A DNA stretch of 64,000 nucleotides from Candidatus Poribacteria bacterium (GTDB lineage Bacteria; Poribacteria; WGA-4E; PCPOR2b), in NCBI GenBank assembly GCA_965208325.1, contig OZ242326.1:256001-320000 (forward strand), written 5' to 3'. This document shows positions 1-10,155 of this stretch, in pieces. The position numbers and the translations under genes were made by a program. The notes beneath the pieces are model-generated. The model searched no databases and was not told where the DNA came from. It saw nothing but the letters and a program-made list of their open reading frames with translations. Numbering within the stretch: the stretch's first letter is position 1; the number at the start of each line of letters is the position of its first letter.

Positions 1-570
1 AAAGCTTAACATCTCCGTGCAAACATAGATTCGATTATTCGTGGTTCTTCCCCGATAATGAGGTGAAGCATTGGGATGATCTTGTAACCAACTGGGCAGG
101 TGAGTTTCCTCACCGACTTTAACGATTTCACCTATCTCCATGTAACCGAAAATAGCGTGGAAACCTTTGTTCTCGCCGTCATAGCATAACCGCCCATTAA
201 ACTCTTTGGTATGCCGAAACCAGCCGAAAAACAGAAAAAGATCGCCTTCAGACACACATTGATTATCTAGATGACTTGCGGGTCTCATGCTTGTCCCAAA
301 CGAGGGACGCCAACCTTGTTCACGGTGGCGAACGCTAGAAACAAGATCCGGATCCAGATGAGCTCCTTGCCCGACAGTGTTAGCTTTAGGGCAAAGATCG
401 TTGATAATCTGTTCGAAATTCTTGTCTCCGGGTGCATGAATATTCTTAAACTCCAACTCGTCCGCCCAACTTGGAATCGGTAGATTCAGCATTTTCCCGT
501 CGGGCAAAATCGGGCTAGCATGGCCTCCACTGCTACTGTCAAATCCTTTTCGGCTAAGAATAATCTTCAC
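1..570 (-). CDS. Nmad3-family (nucleotide modification associated domain 3) protein, 3' end beyond window edge
   Basis: Not in the ORF track. Manual translation from GTG at 570 (GGAG RBS at 580-583) gives MKIILSRKGFDSSSGGHASPILPDGKMLNLPIP...HLDPDL...WRPSFG...SHLDNQCVSEGDLFLFFGWFR..., open to base 1. These motifs match my recall of Nmad3. Confidence 0.8.
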   Translation of the reverse strand, partial: MKIILSRKGFDSSSGGHASPILPDGKMLNLPIPSWADELEFKNIHAPGDKNFEQIINDLCPKANTVGQGAHLDPDLVSSVRHREQGWRPSFGTSMRPASHLDNQCVSEGDLFLFFGWFRHTKEFNGRLCYDGENKGFHAIFGYMEIGEIVKVGEETHLPSWLQDHPNASPHYRGRTTNNRIYVCTEMLSF

Positions 571-639
571 GGTGTAATCTCCATTTGTTTTGGCAATTAG
601 AAATACGTGAAACTGTTTTTCAAATCTATAAGCCAATTC

Positions 640-1572
640 TCATTCATTCTCAAGGTTGTTTTCATCAGTATCCACACCCCCTGATGTTGATGGAGATTCG
701 TGTTTGTCAATCGTCCGAACTATACCGTCCCCATTCTGCGAAACCGCCAAGTCAACCTTGTTTTTCCCGTCCTTACCTTGAACGCTTACGTGACCGCCTT
801 GTTCGTTGATACTCAAGGAAACATCACTTTTTCCGTCTTTACCCGCTACGAACGCGAACCCGCCATCTTCATTTATTCCTAACGCAGCTTGACTGTTCTC
901 GTTTTTTCCCGAGACGCCTATGGCCCCACCATGTTCGATCATCGCCAATCCAGCAAGGCTCTGTCCGTCTTTGCCGCAGACGTTTACAACCCCGCCATCC
1001 TCGCGGGTATTCATGAAAACTCGACTATTCTCATCTTTTCCCTGGGCAACTACACACCCCCCATGTTCATCAATTGATAAGCTTGCGTGGCTATTCTCGT
1101 CATTACCCCGTACGCGCACAGCTCCGCCATTCTCAAGGATCATTAGGACTGCCTGACTTTTCCCGTCATTTCCCTGAACGAGTACACCCCCGCCATCTTC
1201 AAAAATTCCCAACGTAGCAGCACTCTTCCCGCCTTTCCCTTCGGTGGTCACTACACCGCCATCCTCACCAAAAGTTAATGCGACATGACTATTGCGGTCA
1301 TTATCGAAAAGTCTTACCTTTGCGCCATCTTCAAAAATGCCAACATCAATCCTGCAATTTTCGTGTTCATCGAACACCTGCACAATCCCGCCATATTCAG
1401 AACTGCCTAGGACAACTCGAGTTGACCCGTCCGTCGGATTTACGATGGTTAAGTGGGCACATTCAAAATCACCAAGGTCATATCTATTTGACTTCGATAG
1501 AAACATCATCACGGCAGTTCCCCCTAACAACCCACCCAATATTATGAAAATTATGTAGGCGGTACCGTCCAT
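640..1572 (-). CDS. Membrane-anchored protein with ~10 tandem 22-aa Gly-rich beta repeats
   Basis: N-terminal TM helix; repeats of consensus E.GG.V.V.GKD.NS.A.L.I.; GAGGAG RBS upstream. Confidence 0.75.
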   Translation of the reverse strand: MDGTAYIIFIILGGLLGGTAVMMFLSKSNRYDLGDFECAHLTIVNPTDGSTRVVLGSSEYGGIVQVFDEHENCRIDVGIFEDGAKVRLFDNDRNSHVALTFGEDGGVVTTEGKGGKSAATLGIFEDGGGVLVQGNDGKSQAVLMILENGGAVRVRGNDENSHASLSIDEHGGCVVAQGKDENSRVFMNTREDGGVVNVCGKDGQSLAGLAMIEHGGAIGVSGKNENSQAALGINEDGGFAFVAGKDGKSDVSLSINEQGGHVSVQGKDGKNKVDLAVSQNGDGIVRTIDKHESPSTSGGVDTDENNLENE

Positions 1573-1819
1573 ATAAATCTCCTCTCTTTAGTTTGAAGCA
1601 ATCTTGCTTTATAAATCCGATGTCCGCTAATTCGCGTACTCTTACCGGGTGCAACGTCAAAACTTTAACATAGACGAATTCATCAGAATTTGCTCTTGGG
1701 ATTAGTAGGCGGCTCTTACCTTAGTTGGAAAGTCCCGTACGCTTCCCAAAATACCCATCACACGATTCGCTGCGAAATTCCTAAATGGCAGCCGGCAAAT
1801 CTCAGGCTATTCTCAATCA

Positions 1820-2431
1820 TTAAAAATCGGCTTCTTGACATAGAAAGCTATCATTTTCCGTTACGATACGGTCCAGCGGGACATCCCACGCCTGTGGCAG
1901 CGTATCTTCGATAAGCTGTGTCTCGTAGGCGAGACCAATCCGTACTGCCTGCGTACACTGGCGAAGAAACCGGTCGTAATAACCGCCGCCGTATCCGAGG
2001 CGGTGACCCTTGCGATCAAAAGCGGCACCCGGGACGATGATTAGATCAATCTCATCCGGCGGAAAGGCCTTGCAGGAATTCTGGTTTGGCTCGCGCATAC
2101 CGTAAGGGTGGGAAACGAAATCTGTTTGTGGGTTCGAAATACGGTGCGGAGTTAGATTTCGTCGGTGGGTATCCGTCACCGGTGCAAGCGCGGTTTTTTC
2201 GTGCGTGACCAGATAATCAAGCAGTCCATCGGTTTCCACTTCACTCCGCATGTTCAAGTAGATATGAACCGAATTAATTGCATTACCCTCAATCCAATCA
2301 TTTACACGGTTGGTAATCCTCTGGCTTAATTCAGCCCTTAACGCCCGGGGAATACTGTCGCGCCTACGAATCGCTTCCGCGCGAAGACGTTTTCGCAATC
2401 TTCTTTCACCGTAGTCTGGTATTCTCGCCAT
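1820..2431 (-). CDS. ygfA: 5-formyltetrahydrofolate cyclo-ligase
   Basis: Motifs SEVET, YGMREP, DLIIVPGAAFDRKGHRLGYGGGYYDRFL, WDVPLDRIVTE. Confidence 0.92.
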   Translation of the reverse strand: MARIPDYGERRLRKRLRAEAIRRRDSIPRALRAELSQRITNRVNDWIEGNAINSVHIYLNMRSEVETDGLLDYLVTHEKTALAPVTDTHRRNLTPHRISNPQTDFVSHPYGMREPNQNSCKAFPPDEIDLIIVPGAAFDRKGHRLGYGGGYYDRFLRQCTQAVRIGLAYETQLIEDTLPQAWDVPLDRIVTENDSFLCQEADF

Positions 2432-2475
2432 TATTTTGAGATTTCAGCCTAACTGTGAACCAAGAATCAAGCGTC

Positions 2476-3825
2476 TCATTCAATCTGGCCAATGTTCTTG
2501 GTGAGTGCGTCGCGGAAGGTTGAGGGTTTCATCTTGAGCAGTTTCGCTGCTTGCGTTTTGTTTCCGTTCGTTTTTTTCATCGCCCACGCGATGAGTTCGC
2601 GCTCGGTAGAACGGATAATTTCATGGAATGAAACCTCGCTCATTGAATCATTCAGATGGATATGGGTTCCGAGTTTCAAATCTATCGGAATTGCGTCGGC
2701 TGTGATTTCCCTTCCGCCGCTAACCGCTACAAGCCGTTCAACCATGTTCTCAAGCTCGCGTACATTGCCCGGCCACGCATAACCCGCCAACAGTTCAACA
2801 GCTTGCTGGGCGATTGGGATAGGTTGATTTGGAGAAAAAAGTTCCACGAAATGATTGATGAGTAGCGCAATGTCCTCGACGCGCTCTCGCAGCGGCGGCA
2901 GAAAGATTGGGACAACATTAAGGCGATAAAACAGGTCCCTTATATACGTCCCGCATTTTACCTTCTCCCGTAGATTCACCGTCGTTGCTGCAATAACCCT
3001 GACATCAACCTCGATTTGCGCCTCGCCGCCAACACGTTCAAACGCACCTATTTCCAGCGCACGCAAGAGTTTAATTTGTAAACTCATCGGGAGCGAATCT
3101 ACATCGTCTAGGAAGAGCGTCCCCTTATGTGCTAATTCAATTCGTCCAACCCTGTGTTCTTCTGTCGGACGCTCACGGCCGAATATCTCAAGCTCCAACA
3201 TCTCGTCCGAAACGCTTGCGCAGTTGACAGACACGAAAGCGTGATGTCCGCGCGGACTGTTGAGATGGATGGATTTTGCCAGAAGTTCTTTCCCTGTGCC
3301 GCTTTCACCAGAGACGAGCACATTGCCGTTTGACTCAGAAATCGTCTCAATCAAGGTAAGAATTTCCTGCATTGACCGGCTTTTTCCGATGATGTTTTGG
3401 TAAAGGCGCCACGGCTCAGGGTGGGACATTTGAGCGTGGGCTTCAAGCCCGCCTTTGTCTATCCCTTCCCGAATCTCCTTTAGTTTATCAAGCATGGCAA
3501 TCAACTCGCCGCTCGAAAACGGCTTCTTGATGTAGTTATATGCCCCCCATTTCATGGCTTCGACAGCGGTTTCCACGCTGGCATAAGCCGTCATGATAAT
3601 CACTGTGACGTGAGGGTGGTCCTTTTTGACGCGCTTGAGAAATTCGATGCCGTGCATCTTCGGCATGCGGAGATCTGTTACGAGAACGTCGAAGTGTTCA
3701 TTCTGGAATAACTGCAACGCAATCGCCGGGGACTCCACCGCAATTGTGTCGTAGTTTTCCTCACGCAAATCGTCTCGCAGCGTGATGCGTTTAATTTTTT
3801 CGTCGTCAACAACCAGTATTTTCAC
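2476..3825 (-). CDS. NtrC/Fis-family response regulator (REC-AAA+-HTH) lacking the GAFTGA motif
   Basis: REC (VDDE, TDLRMP, KPF), Walker A GESGTGKE, DLFYRLNV, WPGNVRELEN, C-terminal Fis HTH. Confidence 0.9.
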   Translation of the reverse strand: MKILVVDDEKIKRITLRDDLREENYDTIAVESPAIALQLFQNEHFDVLVTDLRMPKMHGIEFLKRVKKDHPHVTVIIMTAYASVETAVEAMKWGAYNYIKKPFSSGELIAMLDKLKEIREGIDKGGLEAHAQMSHPEPWRLYQNIIGKSRSMQEILTLIETISESNGNVLVSGESGTGKELLAKSIHLNSPRGHHAFVSVNCASVSDEMLELEIFGRERPTEEHRVGRIELAHKGTLFLDDVDSLPMSLQIKLLRALEIGAFERVGGEAQIEVDVRVIAATTVNLREKVKCGTYIRDLFYRLNVVPIFLPPLRERVEDIALLINHFVELFSPNQPIPIAQQAVELLAGYAWPGNVRELENMVERLVAVSGGREITADAIPIDLKLGTHIHLNDSMSEVSFHEIIRSTERELIAWAMKKTNGNKTQAAKLLKMKPSTFRDALTKNIGQIE

Positions 3826-5552
3826 CCTTCAACCTCAGCCTGCGGTATGGGTAGTTTTATGGTGAACACAGAACCTTGCCCCTCTTCGCTCTCGAATTCG
3901 ATGACACCGCCATGCTCCCTAACAATTCGATTGGATACAGAAAGCCCTAGCCCTGTGCCTTTTCCCGTAATTTTCGTCGTGTAAAATGGATCCAAAATCC
4001 GATCTCGAACCGAACTCGGAATACCTATTCCGGTATCCGTGACTTGAACGTATGCTACTGCTTCGTCTAGCAACGAATCAAATTCAATAGTACCGGTTTT
4101 GAAGGTCAGCACGCCCCCGTTCGGCATTGCTGCAATAGCGTTTAGTCCTAGATTCAGTGCAACCTGCTCCAGCAAGTGTTTGTCTCCTAGGATGGGCGTA
4201 AGACTCTCTTGAAACTGTCTTTCGATTTGAATGAGCTTTTCTTCCGCACTGTATTCTATCAGCCCAATGGCCTCATTTATCACTTCGTTTAACGACACCG
4301 ACGTGAGGGTTAGTTCATGTTTTCGTGAAAAGTTCAAAAGTTGCCTAACCGTGGATTCAATTCGCCGTATGGCTTCTTCCATAAGATCTAGGTATTCTTG
4401 AATTTGCGCTTCGTTCTTGGGATTGCGTCGAATTCGAAGCGTACAGTTGAGTAACCCGTCGAGCGGATTATTGATTTCATGCGCAACGCCAGCCGCTAAT
4501 TCTCCGATCGCCGCCATCTTTTCGGATTGGATCATCTGTACCTCCATCCGCTTCCGATCCGTTACGTCTCGGCAGACTAACACTGTTCCCAAATAGACGC
4601 CGTTGTCATCGCGAACTGCAGCGTACGTATTTTCGAAGAATTTATCCCTGATTTGGGCGCTCTGTTGTTCAATTACATCGCCTCCTTCAGACAAGTCTTT
4701 TGCAATTTGCGGATGAATGCCGTACGTCTCAGGGGACATGCTGTCGTCACCCTCGAGTCCGAATTGCTCTTTTCTAATCTGCTGTGCTGCCTTGTTGAAA
4801 AGCGACACACGGTTTCCGCTATCAACGAAAACCACTCCCTCCTGCATACACTCAATAATAGACTCAAGTTTATTCCGTTCAAACAGCACCTCGCGCCGCG
4901 CCTCTTCTAGTTCAACCACCTTTTCCTCAAGGCTCTCTTTCAGCTCAAACGTTTCCCCTTCACGCGCCCGTGCTGTATCCATTATTGAGGTCGCCAAGTA
5001 AACGGAAAAAAACAGTGTGCTCGTGAAAACAAAGAACACGCTTGCAATGTAGATTGGATTTCGCCATAGGTCTTCCGGCAAAAAACCTAAATGGTAATGG
5101 TGGATAATACCGTAGTGCTCAAGGAAAATGAGGGAACTCAACAAAAGCGTGTTTAGCGTTGCGAGGATATAGCTGACTTTCTTAGAAAGGAGAATGCTTG
5201 CAATCACCAAGTGAAAGATGAAATAAAATATGAACGGGTTTTCGATACCGCCGCTGAAATGGATGAGCGCAGTTAACGATAGCAAGTCCAAAACGATATG
5301 CGTGCCGGCGTGCCGTGTGATTGATGAGAGCGGCTTCTCAGCAATATGCCTCGGGTATATTTGCGCCTCAAGGTTGTAGAGTACCATCAACCCGGCAATG
5401 AGGAATAGCGGCAGCGAAGGCGCAATTATATTGAATCCCCAGCTTGCGACGCTGACGGTAAGAAAGACTCCCGCGATTGCTATCCAACGGAGTTTGACTA
5501 ACCATCCAATCCGCTGAATTAGTTCAGATTTGAGCGATAATTCCCGAGCCAT
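3822..5552 (-). CDS. Membrane sensor histidine kinase (RegB-like TM input, PAS, HisKA, HATPase)
   Basis: Multiple TM helices with LRWIAI and GGIENPF; H-box AHEINNPL; N, G1, F and G2 boxes; 4-bp overlap with the regulator. Confidence 0.92.
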   Translation of the reverse strand: MARELSLKSELIQRIGWLVKLRWIAIAGVFLTVSVASWGFNIIAPSLPLFLIAGLMVLYNLEAQIYPRHIAEKPLSSITRHAGTHIVLDLLSLTALIHFSGGIENPFIFYFIFHLVIASILLSKKVSYILATLNTLLLSSLIFLEHYGIIHHYHLGFLPEDLWRNPIYIASVFFVFTSTLFFSVYLATSIMDTARAREGETFELKESLEEKVVELEEARREVLFERNKLESIIECMQEGVVFVDSGNRVSLFNKAAQQIRKEQFGLEGDDSMSPETYGIHPQIAKDLSEGGDVIEQQSAQIRDKFFENTYAAVRDDNGVYLGTVLVCRDVTDRKRMEVQMIQSEKMAAIGELAAGVAHEINNPLDGLLNCTLRIRRNPKNEAQIQEYLDLMEEAIRRIESTVRQLLNFSRKHELTLTSVSLNEVINEAIGLIEYSAEEKLIQIERQFQESLTPILGDKHLLEQVALNLGLNAIAAMPNGGVLTFKTGTIEFDSLLDEAVAYVQVTDTGIGIPSSVRDRILDPFYTTKITGKGTGLGLSVSNRIVREHGGVIEFESEEGQGSVFTIKLPIPQAEVEG

Positions 5553-5750
5553 AACTGTTCATACCCTAATATTTATCGAATTTAGAAAGTGTTCAGATCC
5601 TGCCGGCAACGGGCGCCGTGGCAGAGAAATAAACTCGCAATCCAAATTGAACGTCTATTAGTACAATCCCGCGTATTGTATTATCTTTGTTGTTGGGTAT
5701 CAATACAAAAACGCATCGGCGTGATTTCTTTGTCCTTGTTGAATTTTGGC

Positions 5751-5780
5751 TTGACATACCTAAAGCTTGTGTCCTATTAT
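5751..5780 (+). promoter_or_regulatory. Putative sigma70 promoter for the ClpX-like gene
   Basis: TTGACA-18 bp-TATTAT. Confidence 0.5.
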
Positions 5781-5923
5781 CACTGTGCCCTAAGGTTTCA
5801 CGGCTAAATCTGTGATTGTGGTTATCGCTAGTGCTCCGTTGTTTTACGGTGGACACCAGTGATAGCTTCGAACCCTTGCGTTTCACCCGCTGCGGGACAA
5901 TATGCTGTGAATGGAGAATGACA

Positions 5924-7525
5924 ATGTCAAAAGATTCAGAAAACAAAAAAATTCCCACCGCAGAAGAGCTTCAAAGAGAATTTGAGTCGTTTGTGAAAGA
6001 CAAATACGGCGGCACAGTCCGATTTGTCACACCAAAAGTAAACCCATCTAAGGTCACACCGGCGGATGCTGAAGCACCGCCGCCGAAAGAGTCGTTCGAC
6101 CTGAAATTTGATCTCAAACCAAAAGACATCAAGAATTACCTAGATCGTTACATCATCAGGCAAGATGAAGCCAAGAAAGCCTTGGCAATCGCAGTGTGCG
6201 ACCACTACAACCATGTGCGTGAATGTCATGAGAATCCCAAAATCGCCGACACCGACTATTCGAAACAGAATGTCATCATGCTCGGTCCTACAGGAGTGGG
6301 TAAAACCTATCTAATCCGCCATGTCGCCAAACTGATTGGCGTTCCGTTCGTGAAGGCGGACGCGACTCGATTCAGCGAGACCGGTTACGTCGGCGCAAAT
6401 GTCGATGATCTCATCCGAGATCTTCTGACGCAAGCGGAAGGCGACATTGAACTGGCGCAATATGGGATTGTCTATCTCGACGAAGCGGACAAATTAGCGA
6501 CGCCGCCAAACCTTATTGGACGCGACGTTAGCGGAAGAGGTGTGCAGATTGGGCTGCTCAAACTGATGGAGGAGACGGAGGTCGATCTCCGCGCCGGTCA
6601 CGATGTATCTTCTCAAATTCAAGCCGTCATGGAATTTCAAAACAAGGGTAAAGTTGAAAAGCAATTAATCAACACACGTCACATTCTATTTATCGTTAGC
6701 GGCGCATTTAACGGACTCGACGACATCATCAAAAAGCGGCTAAATGAAAGAAATATCGGATTTAGCGCAACGTTAACCGCGCAAGACGAAATGGACGATT
6801 GGCTGGAACACGTTACACCGCAAGATTTCATCGAGTTCGGTCTTGAGCCCGAATTCATTGGGCGATTACCGGTTCATGTCGTCTGTCAAGATTTATCCGC
6901 CGACGATCTCTACCAGATTTTGAAAGGATCGGAGGGATCGATTATCCGTCAGTATGAGGGGGCATTCCGGGCATATGGGATTGACGTACTGTTCTCTGAT
7001 GAGGGGCTCCGGAGCATTGCGGAAAAAGCGCACACCCACAAGACTGGAGCGCGCGCCTTGATGACGGTGTGCGAGAAAATTCTGCGCGACTACAAGTTTG
7101 AACTGCCGTCATCTAGCGTTCATGAATTTGTCGTGACCGAAAGAACGGTGGAAGCATCAAAAAGTGAGTTGATTAGGCTGATTGAGGATGACAATTACAA
7201 TCGTCAACATGTAATTCGGGAATGTGTTCGGCGTTACGAGGAAAATTTCCGTCAGAAATACCAAATGTCCATTCATTTCGATGATGAAGCGACAAATCTC
7301 ATCTGCCAAAGCGCCATTGACGAGGGAAGGACGCCGCAAGAGATTTGTGAAGATCTACTTAAGACCTATCAACACGGCCTAAATCTCGTGAAACAGAACA
7401 CTGGTCAATTCGAGTTTAACCTTACCAGAGAGGTTGTGGAGCATCCTGACGCAGCGCTTGAACGTTGGATTCGCAATTCCTATGCGGGAAAATCGAAGGA
7501 GGGTGAAGAAACCGCAGATGGCTAA
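5924..7525 (+). CDS. ClpX-like AAA+ ATPase without N-terminal zinc finger, with C-terminal extension
   Basis: Walker A GPTGVGKT, ADATRFSETGYVG pore loop, YLDEADK, RDVSGRGVQ, IGF loop, PEFIGRLP, TGARAL. Start placed at ATG 5924 after GGAG (track start 5816). Confidence 0.85.
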   Translation: MSKDSENKKIPTAEELQREFESFVKDKYGGTVRFVTPKVNPSKVTPADAEAPPPKESFDLKFDLKPKDIKNYLDRYIIRQDEAKKALAIAVCDHYNHVRECHENPKIADTDYSKQNVIMLGPTGVGKTYLIRHVAKLIGVPFVKADATRFSETGYVGANVDDLIRDLLTQAEGDIELAQYGIVYLDEADKLATPPNLIGRDVSGRGVQIGLLKLMEETEVDLRAGHDVSSQIQAVMEFQNKGKVEKQLINTRHILFIVSGAFNGLDDIIKKRLNERNIGFSATLTAQDEMDDWLEHVTPQDFIEFGLEPEFIGRLPVHVVCQDLSADDLYQILKGSEGSIIRQYEGAFRAYGIDVLFSDEGLRSIAEKAHTHKTGARALMTVCEKILRDYKFELPSSSVHEFVVTERTVEASKSELIRLIEDDNYNRQHVIRECVRRYEENFRQKYQMSIHFDDEATNLICQSAIDEGRTPQEICEDLLKTYQHGLNLVKQNTGQFEFNLTREVVEHPDAALERWIRNSYAGKSKEGEETADG

Positions 7526-7561
7526 TTCGGCATCGCACCGCGTAAATCTAATCCCTTGTGC

Positions 7562-10060
7562 TTACCGAAGGATTGCCAATCGCCCTAAAGCTTGAGTGTT
7601 TTCGCTGTCGGCAACCGCGTAGACTTTGTAAAGATAAACTCCATTGGCAAGCATTGTTCCGTGTTCATCTCGCCCGTCCCACATTGCCTCATTGTAACCT
7701 TCCCGTGCCGAAACTCCCTTTAAAACGCGAACGCGGCGGCCGGCTTTGGAATAGATTGAGATTGACGCTTCATCAGCATCTTTTGTCAATTCGTACATCA
7801 ACGTCGTTTCTTCATCGAACGGGTTAGGGTAATTGCGCAGCGTGTCGATTTTAAGTGCGGACTTTTGCGGAGAATCGTAAACAGCGTCCCGAATCAGTAT
7901 TTGCGGGTCAAAATTTGACAACCAGGTAATCTCTTCATTAATCTGCTTGAGCAGAATGGCTTCATTAATTTGCCGATTGTAGCCGAAGATTGTGACGAAA
8001 GTATGGAAGGACTTGACGGCGGAGGTCAACGATTTGGAATATTCTATGGCACTGTGCAGCTTTGTGCGAATTAGGTTTTCCTTGCCCTCCTCGTATCCTG
8101 CCTGAACCGCTTCCGTTAAACGGAGGCGGCTCTCAAAAAACTGCACCCAAAGGCGCATCAGGCCGACCGCGTCTTCCAGATGTCGCGCAGCCTCTTCGGA
8201 AACAGGTCTTGCAATTCTCAATGCGCTTTCAATTTCATTGGCGGCGCGCTGCTGTTGCGGAAGAAGAGATGAAAAACGGCCCGCGGCAGACCGGGCAGCC
8301 TTTAAATTAGGCATTGACAGCGTATCGGCTACCGCTTCCGGTCCGATTATGTCCCAAAACCGAGTGGCAAGCCCCGCGGACCCGCGACCGTAGTTCCCAG
8401 CAATGGAAAGCGAACCCGCGTAGTCGCTAAAATAGCTCTCCAAAACCCATGTGTTTATCCGCAGCGCGTTAAGAATGAGCTTAGCGGCGTCAGCACCATA
8501 CTGATTGACCAGGTAGTTTTCCATGAGCTGGAGGTGATTTGTCTCAACGTCCCAATTTATCCTCGCACTCACGAGTCGGTCCAAATGCCCCAAGTTGTTT
8601 TGAGTACCTTGGACTGTAAACCCCCCTAAACCAGTCACGGCAGGATTATTCGACAACTCACGGACACCATGAACGAATAGGTCGCCTTCAACCATCCAAA
8701 ACGGAACGACCTCTTCGACATCGTGTGAGAGAACAATTAGGCGGTGTCCCAATTCGCCCAGCGTATTAATTCGATCGATTGAAATCCGCGCATCCGCGGT
8801 CGGCTCGCCGTCCGCTCCCCATTTTTGTGAAAAGATTGTGCCTGTTGGCAACTGGCGCGCGTAGTCGCTGTCGGGATCTTTCAGCCAAAATCTATCGTAC
8901 CCTGAGATATAGAATTTTAAATCCGGGCGTACCTGCTGCGCAGCCTCAATGATTGTGAACATCACCTGCCACAGCAGATCTTGCCCTTTTTCCGATGTGT
9001 CGCCGCACTCCGGACAGTGGCAAGCGCGGGTTTCGACGCCCCAAGCCCGCAAGTGGAAACCCGCAAGCGTCGGATAGGTCTTCACAATCTCTTGAATCAA
9101 CTCCCGCGCGAAACTGTGAAATTCGGGCTTGGACCAACAAAACGGGCGATAATCAACGCGGTTCCGCGAGCCGCTGTAGGGCACTCGCGGTCCCAGAACA
9201 TCTGGACGCCGTTCAATCACCGCTTTTGTCGGCTCGCCCGTAACATACATAAAGAGGTACGAGTCGATTCCCCGCCGATGCAATGCCTGGAAGCGGTTTC
9301 GGAGTTTTTGGATGCGCTGCCGGCGTTGGTTGAGTGGCTCGTCCTGCAGCGATTCAAAGTCCGGTGAATTGATGTATTTGACGGCTGTACCTAGTCCATC
9401 ATCAATACCCGTTCCCGTCCATACGCCTTCGCCGCCGCTCATGTTGAGCCGATGCCGTGCAAACCAATTCACATTTTCAACCTCCAATCCCGCCCTGACC
9501 GGGTAAAATGGCTGTGACGTTTTTTCCAATAAAGGTAGGTCAAGATTTGGCGAGGGCTGAACTACGAAATCAAGATCTGCCGGCGAAAGGCCAGTCAGCC
9601 GCGTGATGCACGCTTCAATCAGATCGTAAGCGCCGTAGAGTACGCCGCGGGATGCGTTGCCTGCGATTGCAATAACCAATTCGTTGTCCAATTCGACTGT
9701 TTTTAGCACATATCCCTCGTCGCCGATATCGGGGTTGAGGTGGAGCAGTCCTTCAGCCATCATCAGGCGAATAGCGGGATTCGAGTCGGGGGTGCCCAGC
9801 GCAATCGCCGTTGGAGTTGTCGTCGTTTGACGATTGGTAAAGATGTCCAGTTCAGCTCCGGTGAATCGCCGAATAAATGTCTGAATCTCCTCGGCTGCAA
9901 ATTCCTCCTGCGCAGACGCGGTGGCGCCGATTTGAACTGTCGCCATTGGTCGTCCTGACCGAACGATTGGAACTTCTGCCGCATTTGCCCAGCCATGCAC
10001 GCATACAAGGGTTATGTATAACAGAAGATAAGCAATAACCGAATAAATTGTACGTTCCAT
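7562..10060 (-). CDS. Secreted putative glycoside-hydrolase-like protein with C-terminal FlgD-Ig/T9SS-like domain
   Basis: Signal peptide from M at 10060; GH20/GH67-type N-domain (EGYVL..IAG..RGVLYGAYDL); CxCxxC in putative barrel; C-terminal NYPNPF...WDGRD...NGVYLY. Confidence 0.7.
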   Translation of the reverse strand: MERTIYSVIAYLLLYITLVCVHGWANAAEVPIVRSGRPMATVQIGATASAQEEFAAEEIQTFIRRFTGAELDIFTNRQTTTTPTAIALGTPDSNPAIRLMMAEGLLHLNPDIGDEGYVLKTVELDNELVIAIAGNASRGVLYGAYDLIEACITRLTGLSPADLDFVVQPSPNLDLPLLEKTSQPFYPVRAGLEVENVNWFARHRLNMSGGEGVWTGTGIDDGLGTAVKYINSPDFESLQDEPLNQRRQRIQKLRNRFQALHRRGIDSYLFMYVTGEPTKAVIERRPDVLGPRVPYSGSRNRVDYRPFCWSKPEFHSFARELIQEIVKTYPTLAGFHLRAWGVETRACHCPECGDTSEKGQDLLWQVMFTIIEAAQQVRPDLKFYISGYDRFWLKDPDSDYARQLPTGTIFSQKWGADGEPTADARISIDRINTLGELGHRLIVLSHDVEEVVPFWMVEGDLFVHGVRELSNNPAVTGLGGFTVQGTQNNLGHLDRLVSARINWDVETNHLQLMENYLVNQYGADAAKLILNALRINTWVLESYFSDYAGSLSIAGNYGRGSAGLATRFWDIIGPEAVADTLSMPNLKAARSAAGRFSSLLPQQQRAANEIESALRIARPVSEEAARHLEDAVGLMRLWVQFFESRLRLTEAVQAGYEEGKENLIRTKLHSAIEYSKSLTSAVKSFHTFVTIFGYNRQINEAILLKQINEEITWLSNFDPQILIRDAVYDSPQKSALKIDTLRNYPNPFDEETTLMYELTKDADEASISIYSKAGRRVRVLKGVSAREGYNEAMWDGRDEHGTMLANGVYLYKVYAVADSENTQALGRLAILR

Positions 10061-10155
10061 GCACTTGCGTTGCCTAGAAAGCGCACCTCTTTCCAAATGC
10101 CGCACCGGATTCCTTATGCACTTTAGTGCATCAACCCAACTGCGATGAATTTGCG

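Noticed and set aside
2431..2476. 6S RNA upstream of ygfA
   Set aside because: The gap is only ~45 bp, too short
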